DNA of 63,614 bases from a virus (taxonomy: Duplodnaviria > Caudoviricetes): IMG/VR virus record IMGVR_UViG_3300028027_000062, positions 1 to 63,614 of that record. One strand, given 5' to 3'. The notes under the pieces are model-generated. The model saw nothing but the letters and a program-made list of their open reading frames with translations, ran no database searches and was not told where the DNA came from. Each line of letters begins with the position of its first letter. The stretch's first letter is position 1. Below, one piece after another: positions 18,066-26,984 of the stretch. A program made the position numbers and the translations under genes.

Positions 18066-21000
18066 ATGGAAGGAGTAAATAGTTTTGAGAAAGGGTTACA
18101 TAGGACTAATAGTCCTGTAGAACAACCAGAAGGTAGCTATGTAGATGCCCTTAACTGGATTAGAAATGATAGTGGTAGATTAGTTAATGAAGAAATGGAA
18201 GAATATTTATTAAATCTTCCTGGTTATACCTTATTAGGAAATACTCCTGTTAATGATTTATTTATATGTTTCTTTAAAACTCCATTAGGCTCAGAAATAG
18301 GTACTTTTAAAAAAGGTAATTATCTTAGTGTTTATAAAGACTCTGACTATAATTTACAATTAAACTTTAAAAATGAAATAGATTGTGTAGCTAGAGTAAA
18401 TAGTAAAGGAGAAATTATAGTATACTTTGTAGAAGAAGATAATCCTATTAGAAGATTTAATTTAAATACTCCAACAGAATATACTACATTAGATGATTTT
18501 GAGTTACAACTTAGTTTTGATATTCCTATAATAAGACCAGTTGATGTAAGTATTGATAATGATGGTAACTTACCTACAGGAGTTTATTCCATAGTTCTTA
18601 GATATAGAACTTCTCAAAACAATGCTTCTGCTTTTGGTATACCTACTAGATTTTATTCTATTGCTAAAGGAGCTAATGTAATTAAAGATAACTATGAAGG
18701 AGGAGATCCCCAATCACCTTCTTCTAAATCTATTAAGTTTACACCTACTCATTTAGATCCTAACTATCCATATATTGAACCAGTTATAATTACTTATGAA
18801 GGAATTACTAGTGTACTTGTTGCAAGAAGTTTAGGAGTTTATTCTAATACTTCAAAACAAATAGTATTTTCTGATGTATCTCAATATCAAGATGTAGTTG
18901 ATATAAGTTTAATATCTCAAAATCCTCTTTTTTATACTAGTGCTAAAAGCATAGAACAAAAAGATAATATACTTGTTCTTTCTAATCTTACTACTAAAAA
19001 GTATGATAGAGAGTTTCAACAAATAGCTAATAATATTGATGTATCTGTTTATGCAATTAATTATGCACAAACATTTGATTTTACCTTATCTGATTCTGTT
19101 CCTTTTAACGAGACTGAACTTAATAAAACAATTAATGTAGATATAACTTCACAAGAAACCGACTCTCCTTATAGAAATACATTAATAAAAAAAGGATTTA
19201 AAAGAGGAGAAAGATATTCTTTATCTATTACTCCAATATACAAAGACGGTAGTATAGGATTTGCTTACCACATTCCAGCAAAAAACAATCCTAGCAAACC
19301 AGATTTAACTACTGCATGGATTTCACAACAAAAATATCCTGATTATTTATTAAATGATTCAACTTTTCCTTATAATACTATTAATGATAATAGTGTAGAT
19401 GCAGGTAAAATAAGACATCACCAAATACCTGATGTAGATACTTATCCTTTATATAGTATTAATAGACAAGTTGATTTAGTTGTTCTTCAATTAGAACTTA
19501 CTAACATTAATTTTGGAAATCAAGCTCAATTTATACAAGGTTATATTATAGGGTTTCAACCTAGAAATAACTCTGCTAATACTCACATTGTTACAGAAGG
19601 TATTAATAGACCTTATATGCATAATGGTAATTTTAAAAAATTACCATTTTTTAATGGAGCTTGTAAATTTATATTTGAGGGTGGAGCAATAATGAAAATT
19701 GATGCTCAACCTCCAACAAATACTAATGATAACCCTAATGATAATGACCGTGATGGTAAAATAGGTTTTAATTTTTTTTCACCAGATTTTATTCATGGTA
19801 AAACTCCATATGGTAATAAATTTCAAAAACTTGGGTATTATAACGGAGATTATTTTTTTACATACACTAGGTTTAGTAGCGATGGAGATTCAAGACTTGC
19901 TGGTGCACATATAGCAGCTGCCCCATTTAATTTTATTTATCAAGGAACTCCTACTGTAGGTATTTCTAATATAATTGAAGTACCTCAAACATCACCTTCT
20001 TCTTTTGTTAGTACTAAATATGAAGTAACTGGTACAAAAGGATATACTCATATTGAATTACAAGATGGGATATATGGTAATTTTTCTGAATTTGAAGACG
20101 TCCCCAATGATTATAATCTTTTTTCTTTTGAGGGAGATTCAGATCCCAATACTGGGTTATATCAAAAACCTTCTAAATTAAATTTATCTATATGCAGATT
20201 AATAAATTCTGCTGAATTTCAGTATGGTAGATTAGAAAATGCAGATTATGTAATCTCAGAAACTAGTGTAAATCCTAATCAAACTTCAATTGTTATTGAA
20301 GGAGATACTTATGTTCAAAGATACTTCTATGATATATATGATAGAATTAATAATAATTTTACTGGTACAGGATTAAGTTCAGGTGCAGAAGTTCCATATG
20401 AATTTAGAATGTTAGCAGGTGTACTTATAGAATCTACTAATAATTATACTTTAAAACATAATAATGAAGATGAAGTACCATACTATCCTAAAGAAAAAGC
20501 TCTTTATAGAACAAGTGTACCACCATTAGGACTCTTTAATATAGATTATACTAAAGGTTATTCTAATGGATATAATAAACAATACTCTGCTATTAATAAC
20601 ACTAAAGTTACTGTATCTACACCTTTGTTATTTGAGGAGACTACTCAGTTTCCTAATAGAAGTGTATACTCAGAACAATCTTTTGAGAGTGAGTTAACAG
20701 ATCAGTATAGAATAATACCTCCTAATAACTTTCATGATATTCCTAAAGATAGAGGCCCTATTACAGATACTTTTGTATTTGGTAATAACTTCTTTCATCA
20801 TACAGAGTTTTGTTTATGGCAATCATACTTTAATCCTAATACTATTCAAAGTACTTCTCAAGGAGATGTAGTACTTGGTAATGCAGGAGTATTTAGAATA
20901 CCTTCTAAACCTATTATAGATATTAAAGGAGGTTACATGGGGACATTTGATAAAAGTGGAACTAATACCCCATTTGGTAGAGTATTCTTAGATCATCATC

Positions 21001-21797
21001 AAGGTAAAGTATTCTTATTTGCAGGTGAAGCTCCAGTAGAAATATCAGATTTAGGACTCTTTCCATTCTTTAGAGAGTTTGTAAATACTATTGATAAATA
21101 TTCTATGGGATATGATTGGGCTAATAAGAGATTATTAATTTCAAGAATTGGTAATAAAGCTATCTCCTTTTACCCTAAAACTCAAACATGGACATCATTA
21201 CATTCTTTTGCTCCTACAGCTTACTTAAGTTTAAATAGAGAAACTTATGCTTGGCAAGATACTCAGAACTCTTTCTACAACTTAACTAATCCAACTGGAA
21301 CTAGAAAGAATTCTTATATAACTTTTGTAGAGAATACTCAACCTGATGCATTTAAAAGGTTTGATAGAATAGAGATAAATACTATGTCAGGTGGTAATAC
21401 TCAAGGTATCTTTGATCCAGGTTCTATTGCTAATGCAGCTAATTATGATTTTAAAAATCAATCTTTTAGTAAAATTCATTGTTGGACAGATAGACAAAAC
21501 AGTACTGAGTTAGTATTTGCTTATCCTACTGATTTTAATACTAACTTTTTAAGTAATTATGATCCTACTAAAGTAACTGTTAATTATTATAAAGGTTCTT
21601 TTCATGCTGAACTTCCATTAGATGCAGTTATAGATCCCTATGCTAATATATTTGATACTATTAATAATACAGACATTACTGCAAGTTTTAGAGCACATAT
21701 GAAGGCTAAGTTTCTATATACCAAGCTGTCGTATAATGATACTGATCCTTTAGTATTAAACTATGTTAAAACTTACTTTAAACCTACTGTAGCATAA
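18066..21797 (+). CDS. Tail stabilization / muzzle protein
   Basis: 1243 aa. NSFEKGL..., YVDALN, KDNILVLSNL, GFKRGERY and WTSLHSF; follows the tail tube gene. Confidence 0.85.
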   Translation: MEGVNSFEKGLHRTNSPVEQPEGSYVDALNWIRNDSGRLVNEEMEEYLLNLPGYTLLGNTPVNDLFICFFKTPLGSEIGTFKKGNYLSVYKDSDYNLQLNFKNEIDCVARVNSKGEIIVYFVEEDNPIRRFNLNTPTEYTTLDDFELQLSFDIPIIRPVDVSIDNDGNLPTGVYSIVLRYRTSQNNASAFGIPTRFYSIAKGANVIKDNYEGGDPQSPSSKSIKFTPTHLDPNYPYIEPVIITYEGITSVLVARSLGVYSNTSKQIVFSDVSQYQDVVDISLISQNPLFYTSAKSIEQKDNILVLSNLTTKKYDREFQQIANNIDVSVYAINYAQTFDFTLSDSVPFNETELNKTINVDITSQETDSPYRNTLIKKGFKRGERYSLSITPIYKDGSIGFAYHIPAKNNPSKPDLTTAWISQQKYPDYLLNDSTFPYNTINDNSVDAGKIRHHQIPDVDTYPLYSINRQVDLVVLQLELTNINFGNQAQFIQGYIIGFQPRNNSANTHIVTEGINRPYMHNGNFKKLPFFNGACKFIFEGGAIMKIDAQPPTNTNDNPNDNDRDGKIGFNFFSPDFIHGKTPYGNKFQKLGYYNGDYFFTYTRFSSDGDSRLAGAHIAAAPFNFIYQGTPTVGISNIIEVPQTSPSSFVSTKYEVTGTKGYTHIELQDGIYGNFSEFEDVPNDYNLFSFEGDSDPNTGLYQKPSKLNLSICRLINSAEFQYGRLENADYVISETSVNPNQTSIVIEGDTYVQRYFYDIYDRINNNFTGTGLSSGAEVPYEFRMLAGVLIESTNNYTLKHNNEDEVPYYPKEKALYRTSVPPLGLFNIDYTKGYSNGYNKQYSAINNTKVTVSTPLLFEETTQFPNRSVYSEQSFESELTDQYRIIPPNNFHDIPKDRGPITDTFVFGNNFFHHTEFCLWQSYFNPNTIQSTSQGDVVLGNAGVFRIPSKPIIDIKGGYMGTFDKSGTNTPFGRVFLDHHQGKVFLFAGEAPVEISDLGLFPFFREFVNTIDKYSMGYDWANKRLLISRIGNKAISFYPKTQTWTSLHSFAPTAYLSLNRETYAWQDTQNSFYNLTNPTGTRKNSYITFVENTQPDAFKRFDRIEINTMSGGNTQGIFDPGSIANAANYDFKNQSFSKIHCWTDRQNSTELVFAYPTDFNTNFLSNYDPTKVTVNYYKGSFHAELPLDAVIDPYANIFDTINNTDITASFRAHMKAKFLYTKLSYNDTDPLVLNYVKTYFKPTVA
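21730..21736 (+). promoter_or_regulatory. CGTATAA element
   Basis: 60 nt before ATG 21797. Confidence 0.55.
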
Positions 21798-23611
21798 TGA
21801 AAAATAAAAGAAAATATAAATTCAATAGTGGTATTCAAAGAATAGAAATGGATACTCCAGACTACAGTAAAGCTTATAATTTACAAGCTGAGCAGAATGC
21901 TAAAAGACAAGGTATAACTCAAGCTGCAGGATCATTCTCAGGAGCATACAAGCCTATTGCTGATGTTGGTAGTATGGCAGGTAATGTTATTAGAAGTAAT
22001 AACAAGAGTCAAGGAGGAGCTGTTGCAGGAGGTGCTGTAGAGATGGGAGCAACTGGTGCTGCATTAGGTATGCAAGTAGGAGGTCCAATAGGAGCTGCTA
22101 TAGGTGCAGGAGCAGGAGCAATTTATGGAGGTGTTGCAGGAAGTAGAGAATATAAGAAAGGTAAGTTATTACAAGAGCAAGCTGAGAGAGATACAGCCTT
22201 AGTTAATGCTAATAAGAAGTTTAAAGAAACTTCTAATACATCTGCTCAATCTTACTTAGCTAAGAAAGGTAAGTATAAACTTAGAACTGGAACTTCTACA
22301 ATTAAACAACCTAGAATGATTGAAACTGAAGGTAGAGAACCTATCTTTTCTCCTGAGAAAGCTGATGGTACTAGAGATCTTCTTTACTATAATCCTGATG
22401 ACCCTACTCATGCAGAAGGTGGAGTGAAAGCTATGGTTATGCCTAAAGCTCAACTTGGTAAAAAAAGTACTATGGCGCAGTCTGCATCAACCTCTGTTGC
22501 AAGACCTATTGCTCCAAAAATTAGTACAAAGTTTAAACCAATTCTTAAAGCAGAAAATAAAGCTTTAGAACAAGATATTACTAATAAAGATAGATCTTTA
22601 AAAAATTATAAAAAAGTTTTAACAAAAAGACAAAACTTTTTAAATGCTGACAAAGAACAAAATAATTTGCGTTCTGAGTTAGATGATTATAAAAAAGGAA
22701 TGTCTCCATTTAAAAAATGGGAAGGTTTAAATTTTAACTCTATTAATGATTTTTTAGAAACAGCAGTTGGAAGAGAAAAAGATATGAAACCAGTTGAGAG
22801 ACAGAATATAACAAGAAAGTCTCTTGAAGAGTGGAAGAAAAAAAACTTACAAGAAGATCCTTTAGAAGATGTTGTAGAAATATTTGATAGATATGGTGTT
22901 AGTTCATGGGATGATGTTAGAAGAAGTCAAATAGAGCAGGAAAGAAAAATAAAAGAAAATCCTAATGTAAAACCTGATGTATTAAACAATTTGCTTGAAG
23001 TAGCAACAGCTTTACCAGGAGGTAGATATATTCCTTTTAAAGGAACAACTAATGTATTAAAAAAAATTTTAGGTAAAAGTAAAAAAGCTTTAGATATAGG
23101 GGAAAAAGTATTTACTCCTACAATTGGAACTTTAAATAAAGTTAAAAAATATGGTAAAAAGTATTCTCAAAAAGCGTTAAATGCTATTGATGAATTTTCT
23201 GATTATGGTACTTTAGCACAAATGTATGACAAGTTTATAGCAGGAGATAAAAAATCTAATAGATCTATTAAAGATCTTATACAAGAAAAAGCTTATGGAG
23301 CTAAACAACTAAAAGTTAATACTCTTAATAATGCTGCATTATCTAGTAATATTACTGGCATGCCTGCTGCTAATGCTGCTAATAAGTTTATACAACCTAT
23401 GGCTGGTATATCTCAAGTAGCTAGAAATATTCCGGAGGTAAGAAAAAAAGAAAAAATTAATACTTCTAGATCTCATAAAAAAACTGTAGGTCCTGTTAAA
23501 ACAGTTGAACCTCCTATGTTGTATGAGATGAAACCTCCTCCACCTAAGAGTACTTACAATACTAAGAATGATTTTAATAAAGGCTCTAAAAAAGTTAAAG
23601 TATATAAATGA
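21797..23611 (+). CDS. Cargo/ejection protein with a glycine zipper plus accessory modules
   Basis: GAALGMQVGGPIGAAIGAGAGAIYGG zipper, ETEGRE...THAEGGV segment, SSWDD module, several xxG motif copies. Confidence 0.75.
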   Translation: MKNKRKYKFNSGIQRIEMDTPDYSKAYNLQAEQNAKRQGITQAAGSFSGAYKPIADVGSMAGNVIRSNNKSQGGAVAGGAVEMGATGAALGMQVGGPIGAAIGAGAGAIYGGVAGSREYKKGKLLQEQAERDTALVNANKKFKETSNTSAQSYLAKKGKYKLRTGTSTIKQPRMIETEGREPIFSPEKADGTRDLLYYNPDDPTHAEGGVKAMVMPKAQLGKKSTMAQSASTSVARPIAPKISTKFKPILKAENKALEQDITNKDRSLKNYKKVLTKRQNFLNADKEQNNLRSELDDYKKGMSPFKKWEGLNFNSINDFLETAVGREKDMKPVERQNITRKSLEEWKKKNLQEDPLEDVVEIFDRYGVSSWDDVRRSQIEQERKIKENPNVKPDVLNNLLEVATALPGGRYIPFKGTTNVLKKILGKSKKALDIGEKVFTPTIGTLNKVKKYGKKYSQKALNAIDEFSDYGTLAQMYDKFIAGDKKSNRSIKDLIQEKAYGAKQLKVNTLNNAALSSNITGMPAANAANKFIQPMAGISQVARNIPEVRKKEKINTSRSHKKTVGPVKTVEPPMLYEMKPPPPKSTYNTKNDFNKGSKKVKVYK

Positions 23612-25944
23612 AACTAGTAAATAAAACAGGATACTTAAAAGGAGCTAAGACTGCTAAAAATCCAGTCAACATTATTCCTTCTAGCCTTATTACTACACAA
23701 GGTATGGCATTTCCTATTAAGGCTAATGGTAAAACTTTATATCCTAATACTGGTCAATATAAGTTTCCTTCATCTCCTGTAATTGAGACTCCTCTTAAAA
23801 AGAAAAATCAATTAGATACTTCAAATATAGGACCTACTATTGATAAAGCTAATTTATTAAAAAGTAAGACTAATAATAACTCTCCTAAACTTGGAAATGC
23901 TTTTTTTGCTAAACCAAAACCTTTTACATGGAAACCTCCAAAAAATGTAGCAGAATTTGAAAAAAATAAAAGAATAGATTCTAATAAAGCAGCATCAAAT
24001 AGATTTAGGAAAAAAGATACATTAGAAGATAATATTGCAGAACTTTTAGATATTACTGGAGCTTCATCTTGGGATGATATACAAAGAAACATTGAAAAAG
24101 AAGGATTTACTCCAGAAACATATTTAGAAATAGCAGGTGCTATACCATTACTTGGAAGAATACCTAAATTAATTAAAGGGAAAAAACTTATTAGTCAAAT
24201 AGCAAGAACTGCTATAAAAGGAACAGAAATGCTTGAAAAGGGTTCAAATGCTCCTGAGCTATATGAATCCTATCAAGATGGTACTAATGAGTTAGTACCT
24301 AATAAAATGAGCAAAACATCTCTTTCTAAAGCTCAAGAGGTTGCATATCAAAGATGGATGAAGTCTAAAGGTTACAATGAATCTGATGATTATGATATGA
24401 GAGGATATTGGAAAAAACAAGGATTTAAAAATCTTGGTTCACCAAAAGGAGGTGAACATTTTACTGATGAATTTAAAAGGCTTGCACCATTCTCAGAAGG
24501 AGATAATTATCCTACACTTTCTGATGAAAGTAATAAAGCTTCTAAGTTTGATAAAAGAGGTCAAGGTACTTGGGTAGGAGAAGGTGATAATGCTAAATAT
24601 GTTAATTATCAAAAAGGTACTAATAAATTAATAGGAAAATTAGAAGCTATCAAAAAAGTTTATAATAAAGTTGAACCTTATGTATCTAAAACATATGATA
24701 AAGGTTTTAATTTTTTAAAAGAAAATATTCCATTTGTTGATAAATTTTTACCTTCTAAAAAACCTGTTTTAAAAAAACCAAAACCTAGTAATACTTTTAA
24801 AAGAACTGGTTCTGAAACTAATGAACAATTAGCAAGGTTTATTGCCAATAAAGTTGATGTACCTCAATCAGTAAATAAAGCTGATCTAGAAAGTCTTATA
24901 AAAAAACAATTAGATAGAGTTGATGGAGAAGAGTATGTTTCTAGAAGAATGGCTACAACTAAAGAAACAAAAGAAGAAATTGCATCTACTGTAAAAACTT
25001 GGAAAGATAATTTAGCAGATAAAACAAATTATAATACATATTCTGATATTAAAACTCCAGGAGAATATACCAAATGGAAAAATAAAGATTATGTTAATGT
25101 TAGTGGAGATGTTTTTGATAAAGAACCTGATAAATTTTTAGATGTATTTGAACATGAATTTTTACATGGTTTATCTCCAACTTTAAAACAAGAAAAGCTT
25201 TATAGAAATTATCCTAAATTAAATGTAACTCCAGAAAGAACTATAAAACAAAAAACAAAAGATTTATTTAGTGGTAAACAAAAAAAATTAAATTATTTTA
25301 ATGATGTATCAGAACAGCAAGTTAGAGCTGTTAGAATGAATGATAAAATAAAAAAAGATTTACAGATTGATAATCAAAATAAATTATCTAAAGATAATTT
25401 AGATAAATGGTTTGATGAACATTACAATACAAATTCAGAAACTTTAGATAAAACCGGATTTGTAGATGTTACTAATCTATTAGATTATAATGCAGCAGCT
25501 CAAAAATCAAGAGGTGTGTTAGCTCCTAATGGTAGACCTGAAGTTTTAGATTGGCTTAATAAAGCATGGATGATTCCTGCTGTTGGTGCAACTGGAACTG
25601 CAGCAGTTAATTCTACTACACAAGAAAAAAAGAATGGTGTTAAAACTCTTAAATATAAAAAAGGCAGTAAAGGAGTATCCTTAGCTTTTAGTAGAGGAGA
25701 GAAAGATCCTAAAGGTGGACTTACTCAGAAAGGTGTAGACAAGTATAATAGAGCTACTGGTGGTAACTTAAAGATGGCTGTTACTACACCTCCTTCTAAA
25801 CTTAAAGCAGGTAGTAAAGCTGCTAATAGAAGGAAATCCTTCTGTAGTCGAATGAAAGGTATGAAATCTAAATTAACTTCTGCTAAAACTGCAAATGATC
25901 CTAATAGTAGAATTAATAAAAGCTTAAGGAAATGGAATTGCTAA
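23608..25944 (+). CDS. Mosaic multi-module protein (SSWDD module, DYDMRG module, HEXXH zincin, DUF6321-like C-terminus)
   Basis: Modules are separated by YQDGT, YQKGT and YKKGS. HEFLH at 25153. C-terminus GGLTQKG...RRKSFCSRM...LRKWNC. Confidence 0.75.
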   Translation: MKLVNKTGYLKGAKTAKNPVNIIPSSLITTQGMAFPIKANGKTLYPNTGQYKFPSSPVIETPLKKKNQLDTSNIGPTIDKANLLKSKTNNNSPKLGNAFFAKPKPFTWKPPKNVAEFEKNKRIDSNKAASNRFRKKDTLEDNIAELLDITGASSWDDIQRNIEKEGFTPETYLEIAGAIPLLGRIPKLIKGKKLISQIARTAIKGTEMLEKGSNAPELYESYQDGTNELVPNKMSKTSLSKAQEVAYQRWMKSKGYNESDDYDMRGYWKKQGFKNLGSPKGGEHFTDEFKRLAPFSEGDNYPTLSDESNKASKFDKRGQGTWVGEGDNAKYVNYQKGTNKLIGKLEAIKKVYNKVEPYVSKTYDKGFNFLKENIPFVDKFLPSKKPVLKKPKPSNTFKRTGSETNEQLARFIANKVDVPQSVNKADLESLIKKQLDRVDGEEYVSRRMATTKETKEEIASTVKTWKDNLADKTNYNTYSDIKTPGEYTKWKNKDYVNVSGDVFDKEPDKFLDVFEHEFLHGLSPTLKQEKLYRNYPKLNVTPERTIKQKTKDLFSGKQKKLNYFNDVSEQQVRAVRMNDKIKKDLQIDNQNKLSKDNLDKWFDEHYNTNSETLDKTGFVDVTNLLDYNAAAQKSRGVLAPNGRPEVLDWLNKAWMIPAVGATGTAAVNSTTQEKKNGVKTLKYKKGSKGVSLAFSRGEKDPKGGLTQKGVDKYNRATGGNLKMAVTTPPSKLKAGSKAANRRKSFCSRMKGMKSKLTSAKTANDPNSRINKSLRKWNC

Positions 25945-25949
25945 ATTTG
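25942..25949 (+). promoter_or_regulatory. Possible -7 promoter element (TAAATTTG) for the HNH gene
   Basis: TAnnTTTG 5 nt before ATG 25955. Confidence 0.4.
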
Positions 25950-25954
25950 CAAAT

Positions 25955-26563
25955 ATGGAATATACACTTAAGCATTGTACTCTTTGTGATTTAGATATAA
26001 CTGAAGATTTTGTAAAATCTTTTAAACCAAAAGATTATGGAAGTCTTCATGGTTTTTGTAGAAGTTGTAGAAAGAAATTAAGAAATCTACAATTAAAAGT
26101 AGGAGGTAAAGTTTGTTCTAAATGTTCAGTAGATAAACCATTTGGGGACTTTCCTGTGCATAAAAAAACTTATGATGGTTTTGATAGTTGGTGTAAACAA
26201 TGTAGAAAAGAATATAGCTATGAAGTTAATCAATCGTTAGATACACATTTAAGAAAAAAATTAGCTTCTATAAAAGAAGATAGAAGAAAAATATTTTCAG
26301 ATTTAACTCTTGAACAGTTAGTTAGTTTATGGAATAAACAGGAGGGTAAATGTGCTATAAGTGGTGTAGAAATGTCTTATCAAAGAAATAAAAGACAACA
26401 TAATATGAATAATTGTAGTGTAGATAGAATTGATAGTTCTGGTAATTATACTATAGACAATATACAACTTGTATGTTGGATTGTTAATAGAATGAAAGGT
26501 GAAAATACTACAGAAGATTTAATTCAATGGTGTAATCATATAATAAATAAACAAAACTTTTAA
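25955..26563 (+). CDS. HNH-type homing endonuclease with CxxC zinc-finger repeats
   Basis: Two CxxC...CxxC repeats, then Q.GKCAISG, SVDRIDSSGNYTIDNIQLVC..VN.MK. Confidence 0.85.
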   Translation: MEYTLKHCTLCDLDITEDFVKSFKPKDYGSLHGFCRSCRKKLRNLQLKVGGKVCSKCSVDKPFGDFPVHKKTYDGFDSWCKQCRKEYSYEVNQSLDTHLRKKLASIKEDRRKIFSDLTLEQLVSLWNKQEGKCAISGVEMSYQRNKRQHNMNNCSVDRIDSSGNYTIDNIQLVCWIVNRMKGENTTEDLIQWCNHIINKQNF

Positions 26564-26579
26564 AACGTAAAATAAAGAT

Positions 26580-26984
26580 ATGAAATTTAAAATGGGTGGT
26601 TCTGGTATACACATTAAGCCAGAGAATAAAGGAAAGTTTACAGCTACTAAAAAAGCTACTGGTAAGACTACTGAGGAACTAACTCATAGTAAGAATCCAG
26701 TTACTAAGAAGAGAGCTATCTTTGCTCAAAATGCTGCTAAGTGGAAACATGAAGATGGGAATAAATCTATAAAAGTAGATAAAAAGATGTGTGGTTCTAA
26801 AGGTATGAAGTATGCTGAGGGGACTAAGAGTATTAAGTTTAAAAAGAAAGAGATGATTAAGAGAGCTGATGGTTCTACTTCTCAAAGAGGTTTATGGGAT
26901 AACATTAGAGCTAATAAAGGTTCTGGTAAAAAACCTACTCCTGAGATGCTTAAACAAGAAAGAAAAATTAAAGCAGGTAAGTAA
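26580..26984 (+). CDS. Small basic two-module protein
   Basis: GIHIKPENKGKFT...FAQNAAKWKH module and MIKRADGS..RGLWDNIR module, linked by xxG motifs. Preceded by CGTAAAA at 26566. Confidence 0.8.
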   Translation: MKFKMGGSGIHIKPENKGKFTATKKATGKTTEELTHSKNPVTKKRAIFAQNAAKWKHEDGNKSIKVDKKMCGSKGMKYAEGTKSIKFKKKEMIKRADGSTSQRGLWDNIRANKGSGKKPTPEMLKQERKIKAGK

